Source: Chrysomallon squamiferum (Eukaryota > Animalia > Mollusca). From it: a stretch of DNA of 64,000 nucleotides. The stretch spans positions 14,384,001 through 14,448,000 of the forward strand of contig CM022677.1 in assembly GCA_012295275.1 (NCBI GenBank), in the 5' to 3' direction. The notes below the pieces were generated by a model that was not told where the DNA came from, did no database searches, and worked only from the letters and a program-made list of their open reading frames with translations. The translations under genes were made by a program, and so were the position numbers. Every line of letters begins with the position of its first letter. Within the stretch, counting starts at the first letter, position 1. Of the stretch, positions 43,134-57,719 are shown piece after piece.

Positions 43134-43333
43134 NNNNNNNNNNNNNNNNNNNNNNNNNNNNNNNNNNNNNNNNNNNNNNNNNNNNNNNNNNNNNNNNNNN
43201 NNNNNNNNNNNNNNNNNNNNNNNNNNNNNNNNNNNNNNNNNNNNNNNNNNNNNNNNNNNNNNNNNNNNNNNNNNNNNNNNNNNNNNNNNNNNNNNNNNNN
43301 NNNNNNNNNNNNNNNNNNNNNNNNNNNNNNNNN
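43134..43333. other. Assembly gap (200 N)
   Basis: Run of exactly 200 N, consistent with a fixed-size scaffolding gap of unknown true length. Confidence 0.99.
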
Positions 43334-44046
43334 ATATGAATGAAGATTCATCAAAGGTTTGTGAAAATATTTAATGTAATAAAAAATGTATTATTGATTC
43401 ATTATGCCATTATTTGTTATTTTTCATTTACTATTATTATCAAAATTATCAAACAATTATTTAATAATTTAAAATATATTCTTAAAATTTAATTTCGTAT
43501 CATTTTCTTAAGCACTTAACTAAATGAATTAAATGAAACAGAAATCTAAATTACAAAATACATCATTATTTTTTATTTCCTTTTTCAAAATTTGTTTTGT
43601 TGTTGTTAATGTTGTTATATTCATTCATTATTAATTGACAACAGTTATTTCTCTATTTGTGACATTCTTAGTTTATTTCAAATTTGTGCATTCTTAGTTT
43701 ATTTCAAATATTTAAAATGTTTCTTTACTAAAAACTTAATATTTATTCATTCATACTATTCAGAATAAAAATAAGAATTTAAATTTATTACGACATTCCA
43801 TTTTGATACGTGAAAAATTGTATATATTATTTATTATAATTAGAGAAAGAGAGATTTGGGTTTCACTATGACTAAGATTGTACGTTTTCATGAAAATTTC
43901 ATTTCACTGTAAAAATGTAGCATAAAAATTTCAATTACATATAAATACTGTTTTTCTGCCATTTCATACTGAAACATTTAAATTTCACAGATATGATTTC
44001 TAGAGTGCGGAATGTAACATCAATTCAGGTGTTTAACAGTGTAATT

Positions 44047-44089
<43 letters not shown>

Positions 44090-46823
44090 ATCTTTCTTTC
44101 ATTTTTGTTGTTGATATTATTGCTAACACTTATTTTTTTTTACTGTGGTACATAATTATTACTATTTTTATTATTGTTATTATTGCTAATATTGGTGTTA
44201 TAGCTGTTGCTTTTGCTGTTGGTTAATTTTGCTTTAGGCAGAATTGATAAGTTTGTGTGGAGAGAAGAAAGCAAGTTACAGAGAAAGTTAGAGAGAGAAA
44301 GAGAGACAGAGACACAGATAGAGTGTCAGAGAGAAAGAGTGAGTCAGAGAGACAAAGAGAGAAAGACAGTGAGAGACAGAGATAAAGAGGGACTGAGAGA
44401 CAGAGGGAGAAAGAGACAGAGAGAAAAAGACAGGGACATAGGGAGACAGAGAGAGATAGAGAGAGGGAGAGAGTCAGACAGACAGAGAGACAGAAATACC
44501 GAGTCAGAGAGAGAAAGAGACAAAAAGAGATTCAGAGACAGATAGAGACAGAGAGAGAGGGATTCTGAGAGAGACAGAGACACAGGGAGAAAGAGAGATT
44601 CAGAGAGAGAGACAGAGAGAGAAACAAATATAGAGAGACAGGGAGATATAGAGAGAGACCGAGAAAGAAAGACTGAGAGAGACAGAGTCAGAGAGTGGAA
44701 GAGAGAGACAGAGATAGACAGAGAGAGAAAGAGAGAAAAGAGAGACAGTGATAGAGGGAAAGAGAGACAGAGAGAGCAAGTCAGACAGAGAGATAGACAC
44801 AGAGACAGAGAGTCGCATGGAGAGACAGAGATAGACAGAGAGAGAAAGAGAGAAAAGAGAAAGAGATAGAGTAAGAGAAAGAGAGAGACAGAGAGAAAGA
44901 GACTAACCATTAAGAAAATACTAATCATTAACCAAATACTAACCTTTAACCAAATACTAACCTTTAACAAAATACTAACCATTAAGCAAATACTAATTTT
45001 TAACAAATACTAACCTTTAAGCAAATACTAACATTTAACAAATAGTAACTATTAACAAAATACTAACCATTAACCAAATACTAACATTTAACAAATACTA
45101 ACCATTACTAACATCCCCTACGTGTACTGAACCTCACCGTGGTGTAGGGGTGGCAACATTTCCATAGGGAATGGCTAATTAGTACATTAATATAATAACA
45201 TTATTTTGGTTAGATAGATAGACAGATAGATAATGATAGATAAATAGAAATACCTACATACAGATATAGTTACTGAAGATAGATGAACAGATGGATACAT
45301 AGCGTATTGCTACTTTTTCTAATTTTGAATACAGTGTCATTACTTTGAAAGCTCTTTCTATATATGGATAGACAGACAGGCCAACAGAGCATAGACAGAA
45401 GTGTATGTACTTAAGAATAAGTTATGACATGTTAAATATCTCCCTCTGGCTTTCTTTCTCTCTCACTCTCAAATTACTCGTCCTTACTTACCTGCATGTT
45501 TCTATCTATCTATCTGTCTATCTATATATTTGTTTTATTTCATCATCAATTTCTCTGGCTATTTGTCTATCTATGTATCTGTCTGTTTGTTGATCAACCT
45601 GTGGTGTAGCTTAATCTTATTACCTGTCTAGCTAACCATTACTTCATCACTATATCCATTTACCTATCTACCATCTATCTGTCTGTCTGTTTATAACTAT
45701 ATCTATATCTATCTATCTATCTATAATATATATATATATCTATATGGAAAAATAATTATTATTTATATTACATTTTATTATTGTATCTACAGGAAAGAAA
45801 AGATTCTGGAATCAGCTTCAGTTACAAGAATAGGGAGAAAAATTTAAACAGGTGAGGTGTCTACTGATATGAAACAATTATTATTCACAAAAGATGGATG
45901 TGTCTTTCCAAAGCAGTTTCCTAACCTATCAATATTTTTCAAACGATCAATACGTCTAACTATCTCTACATCAAGCTATCTTACCCTCTCGGTTACAAAT
46001 AGCAGAGTCTATTTTGCACACACACACACAAACACACACACACACACATTTACGTAAACACTCTCTCAATTTATATCATATTTAATTATTTAAATACATT
46101 ATTTTTATCTATTTATCTATCTATAAATATATTTATTTATCTATCTATTTATCCCATATACATAAGCAACAGACTCGGACTTTCTTACAGGATGCAGTAT
46201 ATACTCATGCCTCCTTGCATCTATCTAGCTTTCTTCTGTCTATCAATTTACCTCTCTATCCACATTTTTTACACACGCACACACTCACATATATATATAT
46301 TAATCATCTTTAAACACACAAATTATCATTACTATACATGTTATGTATGTGTGTGTATACATCTATATATATATATACACAGATGTATACACATACCCAT
46401 TTCTGAACACACGTCTATCTGTCTGTCAGTCTGTCTGCAAATCAATATACCAAACTAGTAACATACCTACATATCAGTTTATCTCACTAGCTTATACGTC
46501 TGTTTTTCAATAACCATCTATCAATAATATGTCCAGCTCCCTGACTATCTAACCATGTACTACTTCAAACCTCGCTATCTTGCTGAATGTCTGTCTATGT
46601 AATATATCTGTATTTATTTCTGTGTGTGTATTTATACAGAGATAAATAGTTACATCTTTCTGTATTTATATCTTTTATCTGTCTGTATAATATATCTGTA
46701 TTTATATCTGTGTATCTGTCTTTATAATATATCTGTATTTATCTCTGTACATCTATCTACATAATCTATTTATATTTATTTCTATATATCTATAAATATA
46801 ATCTATCTGTATTTATTTCTATA

Positions 46824-46855
<32 letters not shown>

Positions 46856-47227
46856 ATCTATCTGTATTTATCTCTGGATATCAACCTTTAAGTTATCAGT
46901 TCATCACTAACTCAAACACAGATCCAATTCTTTCCGTTTTCTGTCTGCCTCTGTGTGTATTTATCTATGTACATATGCATGATCATATCCACTTTACCAT
47001 CATATATGCTTACACCTATCTATTTATCCATCCATTGAACTCTAAGGAAATGCCTCCCTATATATATTTCTCCATCCATCAATAACAATCCCTTGAATCA
47101 GATATTCATCTTCCTGACTATCTCCCTAAATTATTATAACTACGTTTTATATCTATCTTCCTGTGTTACTGTCCATTAATAACTCTCATTCACAATTCCC
47201 TTATTTAGCGATCCTTATCAATCACTG

Positions 47228-47266
<39 letters not shown>

Positions 47267-48094
47267 TGCACGCATGCATGCACTTTCTGTGTCCACCTAT
47301 CTATATGTATCTCTATATATATATCTATGTACACAATTTCTCATTCTATCTACATAATCAACCTACCTAACAGTTTATATATCAATAACATCTATCAGTC
47401 ATTTAAACATCTTCTTGTCTACATACCTTCAAACCTCCCTATAGTTCTGTATGTTTGCACACATATATACTCAATATATTCACTCTTCAAAAAAGACAAG
47501 CGACTTTTCTTTCTATATACTATTCTCTGCTCCAGCTTACATACATATATATATATTCAGTCTTCCACATTACAATCATACCTGCCTATACCTATCTGTC
47601 TGTCTGCTACATACTATCTACATATATCTACATATCAACCTACTGAACTACTGACCTACATACCTATTTATCCAACAGATCAATAACCATCTATCAATCA
47701 TATATCTAATTCCCTGTCAAACTACCTACATACATAACAATTATGCCTAGATAGCTACATTACAACCTATGTATTTTACTGTATGTCTACACTCTCAGCC
47801 TGGCACACAAACACACCTGACAGAAAGAAGAACACACAGAATAGATAGATAGACACTGACATGTTTAACTATCTGCCTAAATTCATCTATATCTATCAAT
47901 TTACTTTTTAATTTCTACTGATATACCTGTCTATCAGTCTATCAATAATATCTCCCTCTTTTCTTTATGTGTATCTGTTTACCTGTTAACCTTTCATCAG
48001 ACAGCCAGTCTCATATCTCTGTCAATCATCTCTCCTTTCCTTTAAATCACTTATAGTTGCTCTAAACTTGCTAATATTGTTTATGAAATCAATG

Positions 48095-51000
48095 CTTGTT
48101 GTCTACCTGTAAATATCATTGCTCCACATATTTTCATTTCTTCTATAATTTGTAATGTAGAAACACACATAGCTTTTGCACTGTCATTAGTCATGACTAA
48201 CAGTGGAAGGTTTTTGTTCCCTTCCATAATAACCAAGAATCATCCACTGTTAACTACTGGAGAATAATCAGTCAACACTGATGTGTACTGTCAACATTTT
48301 CTCTGAAAACTGCTTTGGAAAGAAAAATCCATCTTTTGTGAATAATAATTGTTCCATATCAGTAGATACCTCATCTGTTTAAAATCTTCCTATTCTTGTA
48401 ACTGAAGCTGATTTCAGAATCTTGTCTTTCCTGTAGATACAATAATAAAATGTAATAGAATAATAATTATTTTCCATTGTATTTAATTGTCTGTAATATT
48501 AGAAAGAAATTATTATAAATAAACATCATCTGTCTCTTATTGTAATAGATTTTAATAATAAATCACAAATAATTTAAACAAAGTATATATATCTATGAAA
48601 AAGTATCACTACAAATTTTACATTCTGGTCAATTTAAAAAGAAAAATTGTCTTTTATAACTAAATTCATAAACATATTTGAAAATATTTCTTTATGAAAG
48701 ATTTTCTAATACTAAACAAGAAGAATGCATTGATTAAATCAAAATATTTTAAAGTTAAGCAATACAAACATAACATGAAAATGTAATAATAATAATAATA
48801 ATACAAATACCACTAATATTTCTCAAAGCTGAAATTCATAAAATTGTGAATTCTCCTCTGAATCTTCAGCACTGACCTGCCTTGTACTGTAAGGGAGAGA
48901 GTGAGATCGGAAAAAATCTGTCGTTGACCAAGTGTTTAAAAGAAATACAAAATCTGACACAGACTTGACAGTTTTCACTTGTAGACTGAAAAGAATTCAT
49001 TGTCACCAGCCTATAAAAATAACTAATTGATAAGTTATGTCATTTATTAGTTTACTAATAGATACCAAAGCTTTTCAGTTCTAATAACAAAATGTTAATA
49101 TCATTCTGCACTAGGTGTGTGAATTCAGTCATTTTGTTTACTTTACTTTTTGGGAACACTTAGAACTGATCCTATACACCTAATTTTAGATCTGATTAAA
49201 AATATAAGTTAATAATCTGGCTACAACAATACATTTATCCACAATAATAATCTTTTAATCCCAAAGATCAAGAGAATTCCAATTAATTACAAATATTTAA
49301 CATTTTAAAATGTGATGATATAATTAATTCAAACCACAAAAAAGGCATTTACACCTTCAGATCTTTTTGAAAGATTTAAGAAAAAAAAAAAAATGTATAA
49401 CAGTAAATGACAGCTGAATAAATTCATAAAAAATAAACATCTGTGAATATCATTCAGTTCATCAGCTAGTTTATGTATATTATTCTAACACAAAACAAAA
49501 GTTAACAGATTTGAATCCTGAACGAGGAAGTGATCCAGCTGATAAAAAAATAAAATAACAAATGAACAAAATAATGCAGATACTGCAACAGTAACACTGA
49601 AACTAATCAACTCTGTGTCATCTGATATATAAAGTTTTGACTGGTAGGAATCAGAGTTGTAAGGATTTACATCTGCGTCTTCCTGATCAATGGCAGTTTA
49701 TAACATAATTACCATCAACTTGATGTCTATGCATTTGGAATGTTCATTTTTCAGGAATATCGAGGAATTTTTATAGAACAGAATCAAGAAATGAAGTATT
49801 GGTTTTGACAGGTTTTTGTTTTATTTTAGTTTATTATTATTGTTGTTGTTGTGGTGATGGTTGTTGTTATTGCTATTATTACTATTCATATTGCTATTGG
49901 GTCATTCCGTGTCAAATCACCCAAAAAAAAAAGAAATTTAAACCCGACCGTCTCAGATTTTTATAAAACTTGGTATACTTGTTGACTGGGATCCCACAGC
50001 ACCAAATCTGACATTTTAGCTCAATCAGACCAGTGGTGTGGGAGATACGGCCCTCGGAATTTTGAGATTTTTGCCAAAAATGGGTGTGACCACCAACCTT
50101 AGAACCCTCATATCTCAGGAACTACTGGGCCAATCTTCATAAAATTGGTATTGTCAGAAAGGCAAAATGACAAGGATACCAAATCTGCCATTTTTGTTTA
50201 GTTTGGAAAATATTGGAGTACCTTGACCTTTTGACCTTTGCTATGACCTTGAAATTGACCGTGTGGATCACGTGATTTTGAGATGACCTTTATTGAAATT
50301 TAATCTCCTACATGTTAACTAAAACATATAAAAGTTTCCTGGGTGTAATATTTTTTTTTTAGCCACAATATAGATTTAAAAATGCACATACCTGAAAAAT
50401 AACACGTTTACAGCCATTAACATCTGATTAACTAAAACCTGAATGATCAATTCTGGATGCTAGGGATCACCATCTTTCTTGATCATCTAGTAAGACATTG
50501 AAGGCCTACATGTATGTATAAAGTTCACATAAATTTGAGAGAACTAGGTGTTTCTGATGCTTAACCTTCTCACTATGTTTGTTTCAAATGCTCACTGTAT
50601 CCTTCATTCCCAGACACATTCTACTGTTCTCATCACTTTCATAAAATTGGATTATTTCCTCCTTCAATTCATTGTCCTTTCAATGGTAAAGGGTGACAAA
50701 ATCAAGATTTGCACACGCTCTGGATAGGATTCAGACATTAAGATGTCATTTTAATGTTACTGTAGCTGATGCTAGTTTTTTTTTCTGTCCTTTCATTCAT
50801 TTACTGGAATGTGCTAGTGAATGGAGTTTGACAGGCGTTTCGCCTAAACTCAACAGAATGTAATTCAAATCAAAGTCCTTTTCTGGGGAAACAACAACCA
50901 GCGGTTTGTCTGGCAAGTTATCACCAAATTCTCCCATTGTAGTACCACCCATACTAAAGCCATCCTCTGCAGGACCTTTGATTTCTGAAGGGTAATCAGA

Positions 51001-54000
51001 CAGTCACAGCACAACTTGTCTCCTGACACTAGTGTCTTTGGAGGATTTACTAAGCATTTGTAACTGCCCATGCTAACAATTCTTAAAGATCTAGTGCGTG
51101 CTTGCTCAGGGTGGCGATTAAGGGGATCACAACAGTTTTTCTGCGATGTTGAAAATTTGATGAAAAGTTCTTGTTCATGATACTCTTGATGTCCTGTGTT
51201 TTGATCCCACTTCAAAGAGTGAGGAGTTCGATTTCCTCAGTTTTCCATACACTTCGCAACAACTCCTTTTTGATATGATGGTGTTGATAACACACATTTT
51301 TAGGAGAGTTAAAGCTGCAGTTAGCTCTGGAAGAAATAAGGATTTTCAGTATTGTTCAATAGAACAAAGTCAGTGCTTTCCTAAATATTAAATCAAATCC
51401 TGAAACCCTTTCAGTAAAGTTAAGCAGGTCATAAAATGGCAGCAGAGTACATGTGTTATTGCCAAAGGCCCACAAGTCTTAGGCATTTATGTCAATCTTC
51501 TCAAGTATAAATCACAGTTTATTAAGGTGAAGTAGACCTTATTCATAATCTGTGCCGAAGACTTGGTGTACAAATACATTATGCAGTGCATCACTTGATG
51601 ACATCTGATTTCAGACTGGGTTGTACTGTTGACTGAAACCTTGTTCAAAACCAATGGCAAGGCCCACATGACATGATAAAATTACTTAACAGGTTTTATG
51701 AAATAAAAATATTGTTTATATATCAACATCTGACATTGTGTCCAACTTAAAAAGCTTCAGATTGTCAAAGAAATGCAGATGAAGAAACTTCTTTGTCTTA
51801 AACTTCAAATTGCCATGTGCTCAATGGGGATTGCACCAGGGAATCTAAAGGAGCTCCTGACCTGCCTGAAGCATTACTTCCTGTTAACCCTTTGAGCCTG
51901 ATTGTGTAGAACATGTCATGCCATTTGGCATCTTTTCATATCCTTCAGGCATTCCTTCAGACATGTCAGGTGGGTTTTAACTCCAAAGATGAGTTTTTAG
52001 TCTCAGAGAAAATGTACATTGTAATGCATTGTATCAATCATCCATGCAGGTATGCATTTTTTTAAATCTCTATTAAGGCTAAACAAAAAATATTATACCC
52101 AGGAAACTTTTATATGTGAACTTTATGCATACATGTAGGCCTACAATGTCTTACTCAATGATCAAGAGAGATGGTGATTCTTAGCATCCAGAATTGATCA
52201 TTCAGGTTTTAGTCAATCAGATGTTAATGGCTGAAAAGGTGTTATTTTCAGGTATGTGCATTTTTTTAAATCTATATTGTGGCTAAACAAAAAATATTAC
52301 ACCCAGGAAACTTTTATATGTTTTAGTTAACATGTGGGAGATTAAATTTCAATAAAGGTCATCTCAAGATCACGTGATCCACACGGTCAATTTCAAGGTC
52401 ATAGCAAAGGTCAAAAGGTCAAGGTACTCCAATATTTTTCAAACTAAACAAAATTGGCAGATTTGGTATCCTTGTCATTTTGCCTTTCTAACAATACCAA
52501 TTTTGTGAAGATTGGCCCAGTAGTTCCTGAGATATGAGGGTTCTAAGGTTGGTGGTCACACCCATTTTTGGCAAAAATCTCAAAATTCCGTGGGCCGTAT
52601 CTCCCACACCACTGGTCTGATTGAGCTAAAATGTCAGATTTGGTGCTGTGGGATCCCAGTCAACAAGTATACCAAGTTTCATAAAAATCTGAGACGGTCG
52701 GGTTTAAACCATTGGGTGATTTGACACGGAATGACCCTATTATATATTTTTAAATAATTTATTTAAAATGCTATTTGAGCTGATAAAGAAAATAAAGCAA
52801 ACAAAAAACAACATTAATATCCCTTCCCCGCAAACCACATAAGTATAAAATCCACCGATCTGTCTTGTATCTGATTACATGAAAGGTCTTCCAAGCTGGT
52901 CAAGAAAATCCTCTGAAATGCTAGATCCAAAGTTTGTGCTGGTGGTATGATAGCTATATTTAAACAACTATCTTGTTTCCTACTATTTGTTCAAGATTGG
53001 ACAATTTTGTGCATTTTGTACATTCCCCTTCTTTTTAGCCAGATTTATCTAAATAAACAAATATAGAAAGAAAAATTAGTAAAAGAAAAATAAATTAACA
53101 ATAAATAAAAAATGAGCATAAAGTTTATCATTCTAAAGAAAAATTTCAGTCATGAAAAATTATTATAAATTATCAATGAATTATACTTTAACAATGTTTT
53201 AATACTGACTGGATATAATGGTAACATTCGAGAAGCAGCAAAAATAACTTTAAAAATTTTAAAAAGACTAAATCCTTTACCTGAGCAAACCTTACAATTA
53301 ATGAGTTAAAAACTTTGATAAAAAATATAATTTTTATAGGCATGCATTACAGACAATAAAATAATGAGATTTCTACTATTTTAACTAAGTCTGTGTGAAA
53401 TTAGTATTTCCCATAAAATTATTTTTATGGCTCTTGTTTTAAAACATATGGAAGAAAAAAATAAGTATTACTATAAAACATATCAAGACCACTTACTTCA
53501 GAACAGTTCTCTGTTTTATTGATTTCCTCTGTCTGGCTAGTAACTGTATCAGATGAATTTGTCAGCTTCAGGTTTTTTTTCTCAAAATCACCTGCAAAAC
53601 CAGAAATATTTATTTTCAGCTTGCACAAGATTACTTATTTAGCAATTTTGGAAGTAAAGCTGGATTAGCCACAGTTAACAAACTCAAAATGGTTTCCAGC
53701 TTACAGTTTGTTTTATCTGTATTCACTGAGTACATTTCTCTCTTTTATTTCCTCTTTCTTCTTGAACTTCTACAATGATCTAGCAGACTGTTTTGGCAGG
53801 CCTTATATCTACTAATAATTATTTATGATGAGCCTAAAACTGTGGCAGAAATATATCTCACAGAGAAAAAAACAAAAACAAATTCATAAACAAAAATTAA
53901 AGAAAGAGGCATTTAATCCCAAATCTAAACTAATTACTTCTACTAGTTAGATATTTCAATGAAATGAAGGTCAGATCTATATTTGCTATTAATTTAAATG

Positions 54001-55805
54001 TTTATGATCTACAAGCAGAGAAGTTTTGAATGCCAGCATTTTAAAAACTAAATGTGTAAAATAAAGTAAATATTAAAAAGAAAATATTAATTAAATCTAA
54101 ATAGATTAGAGAGATAACAAATATGTCTAAAATAAAGATGAATTTGAATCACATAATTAAAGCGATAGAAGAATTTTTCATTCAGAAACACATTAAACAA
54201 AATTAATATAGATGTGTTTTTCTTTATGAACTGATTTCACACATAACTGAATATCACTCCTTTATACAAATAAAATAAAATGCAGTACTTCTTGGTTCAA
54301 TTTTTGTGAGCTAAAAATGAAACTGTTTTGGTTGCTCCTAGTACAAATATAAGCTAAAAAGAAATAAAACATTGCTAATGGAACTGTACTAAGTCACCTG
54401 CTGCTGAACTTCAAGTCTTTTGTCTTTGCCACGCACAGTGTTTTTCTTTCCCTGGTTTTAGCATGTTCAAGGTTTTCAAATTTTTTTTCTCCTGATATTT
54501 GATTGTTGAGATTGGTGACTGGTGTAAGACTCTCCAACTTAAGAATTGACGTGGTCGGCTTCACATTGGTGGGTGCACGGCCTAGTTTGAGTAAATAAAT
54601 AAATAAATAAAATATTGTAAAAAATATAAAATAAATAAAACACTGCTACTACAACACTATATGCTACTTTTATTAACATCATTACTGTAACTAAAATTTA
54701 CTATTGTTCCTTATTCAACTAGGATAACTGTTATTGAAATAATATTCCCATTACTAAAATTACGATCCATTAATAATAAAAGTGATTTGTTTTACTCTCT
54801 TCACCATTACTGCTCTGCCTGTATTTCTTTATTCAAATATCAATTCTACAACGTTACTACAACAAGTAGTATTATTATTACAAGTACTAATGCTGTAACA
54901 ACTACATTACTACAACAATGACTAATACAACTGCTATAACAACAACCTCTATAGATGCTCCTGTTCTGCCATATTCTTTGAGGACATTTCTCTCCTATGG
55001 TGACTCACTAAATTAGCTCTTCTTGTGGACAGAGCAGTTTCTGAAAAACAACAGTCTTTTTTTTATTTACCTTTGTAGTTATATATGCATCTGTCAGAGA
55101 GAGAGAGAAAGAGACAGAGAGAGAGAGAGAGAGAGACAGAGAGACAGAGAGAGAGAGAGATTTAGAATAATTCCAGTGGCAGCAAACTTTATCCTTAGTG
55201 CTGGACAGCACCTTCTACTAAAACAACTTCACTAGCCAACATCAGCACATCAATTAGAGTTGTATGTGTATTCTGAAAATAAAAATATACATATAAAATA
55301 ATAAAAATAATAAACTGTTAAAAATAAATAACTAATGTTTCTGTATTATTTAAATTTTTCTGTTATCAGTTATTGGATTATTCAGACACAAAGGGATGTG
55401 GGATATTTTTGATATACTTTGTATAATCATTATAATGATAATGATAATAATGAAAATAATTTAAATAATTAAAAAAACAATATCAAACAAATGATTATTA
55501 TTATTATGCTATTTTACAATCAGTAAAGAGTTGTTACTATAAAACTTATTTTATTTGCTAAGAAATAAAAATAAGATAAAAAACTTACAACTTGAAATTG
55601 TGTTGACTGAATCAGGTACAGGACTAGCTCGGTCCTTCGAACTATCAATGTGGCGAGACATCACTCTCATGAACGCTGCCTTCCTGAGTCTCATCTTGTT
55701 CTGCTGCAGCTACAGCCTCTGTTTTCTTCTCACTCCTTTCTTTATCTTCTCATCCAGCTTCATTCTCAGAGCAGCAAGCTCGGATGTTACCTGCTGCTCA
55801 ACTTC
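48095..55805 (-). pseudogene. Decayed multi-exon gene of unknown family (right-arm copy, with extra exons)
   Basis: Mirror of 23520-27010, plus exon-like blocks missing on the left: ~48105-48430, ~52840-53048 and the donor end at ~54397. Confidence 0.5.
49899..52737 (-). mobile_element. Internally deleted Sola2-like DNA transposon, 2,839 bp, ~630-bp TIRs, 4-bp TSD TATT
   Basis: Ends GGGTCATTCCGTGTCAAATCACCCAA / TTGGGTGATTTGACACGGAATGACCC, with TATT at 49895-49898 and 52738-52741. TIRs span 49899-~50530 and ~52112-52737. Minus-strand remnant reads NCCDPLNRH..RSLRIV..LVSGDKLCCDC and EEIIQFYESDENSRMCLGMKDTVSI*..KHQKHLVLSNLCELY. GRG ends, 4-bp TSD and ~600-bp TIRs are the described Sola2 features. 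Confidence 0.92.
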
Positions 55806-57719
55806 CTAAATCTTTAAAAATAATAAATCATAAATAAGCTGACTGAAAACAGCCTGTGAAATAAAATTTGCATATTTTCTTTTAATAGTTTTATTAGTTT
55901 ATTTCAACAACAACATCAAAAAAAAAATAATAATAATAATTATAATAATAAAAAAAAAATAATAATAAAAAAAAATAATAATAACAATAACAATAATAAT
56001 AATAATTTTAAATTCTCTGTGACTTGTGTGGTGTTTCTTTGGTGTATGCTACACAAGTCAATTTATTTTAAAACAAATTTAATTACTGGCCACTCAAAAT
56101 CTGCTGATACATAATGACGTTGTTTATGTTGTTCACATTAGTACAACCACTGGTGAATGTTATTATTAATCGAGTGTCGTTATTTGAAAAAATTCTAAAT
56201 AAATAAATAAATAAATAAATAATTATTGTTCTCAAATAATATGGCTGCCATCAGTTGTCTATGACTTTTAAATTATAATTAAATAAAACGAAAAAAAATC
56301 CAAACATATTAACATTTATAATAATAAATAGTAATACCTGTCTCCTTCACAAAATCAAATACTTTAAACAACTTTTTTTAATGCGATTACACCAATTCTG
56401 TAGAAAATTCTTCGAACATCAAATAAAAAAGTAAATCCGTAAAGACCGACAATCATCCCGCATGTTTCCGCATATACAATCACCCCCAAAAAAAATTAAA
56501 AAAAAAAATTAAAATAATGTTCAGAACAAATAAAATAAAATACAGAAACATCACAATCTCAATTAAAATATATTTATTTTATTTGTTTATTTATATTTTT
56601 TTTTATCTTATTATTAGCCAATCGTTGACCGTAAACTTCAAATAAACGGTGTTTTATTTTTTTTTTCCTACTTTTTCTTTCTTCTTCTTATTTATATTAA
56701 TGCACCAAATAAAATAACAAAACTTACAACTCACACTACAAGTTACTTATTATTGTGCAGGAATTTACCAATATTTGAGATACGTCTGAAAAAACAAAAA
56801 TATTATTTTGCCTTTTATTAAATATTGCAATTAGTGTCCATATCCTACGTTAAAAAAATATAATTTATATTTCTATTAACGAGGCGGCAATGCCGTCGGT
56901 CCAGGATTGTTCCTAACGTCATTGGTGTACTCCTCATTATTCCTTTTCGTGTTTTCATTCACTGTTATTCTTATTTTCTGAACGTGCCCATCGTGTTTTA
57001 AAATATATTATTAATATTTCTATTAATGTCGCTGTCGCTACCTTCGAACTGGCGTTGTTCTGATCGTTCTCGGTGCAATTCTCACTATTCTTTTCCTTTT
57101 TAGTAATTATTATTCACTCTTTTTTAGTATTCAGATCCTATTCTAAAATGTATTATACTATCAATATCACCATCGTTGCCGTCGTAACGGCGTTGTTTCT
57201 AGCTTTCTAGAGTCCTTCTCATTATTCTTTAGCGCTTTTTATGAATCATTCCACAAACGTTTTGAGCGGGCGAATCACCTCTTCAAATACATTATTGTGA
57301 TTTCTAGTAATGTCGCCGTTAGTATCACACGTCATTGTACAGTATTTCTTTACTTAATACTTCTAATATCACGTCAGTTTTTAATTTACTTAATACTACT
57401 AATATCACGTCACAGTTTTTAATTTACTTAAGATCGCGTTACTGTACATATTTATTTTGCTTAATGTCTGCTACTATTACGTTACTGTACAGTTCTTTTT
57501 TTACTACTGCTAATATCACGTTACTGTACAGTTCTTTTTTTACTACTGCTAATATCACTTTACTGCTCAGTTTAAATAAAAATAGTAAATGATCATCCAA
57601 AAACAGATGAAAGGTTACATTCCTGAATCAAGCATTAACAAAACCTACAAATATTTATTGTGCTTACTAACTGGAATAAAAATGTTACAACTAAACTGCA
57701 CACAGCGTAAAATTATACA

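Noticed and set aside
43075-43374. ORFs spanning X residues
   Set aside because: Artefacts of the N gap.
44207-45006. ORFs of 112-220 aa
   Set aside because: Translations of GA/CT low-complexity DNA and an 18-bp repeat.
48300-48370. Serine-protease-like YGTIIIHKRWI on the minus strand
   Set aside because: No TAAHC or other catalytic motif follows; too short to support.
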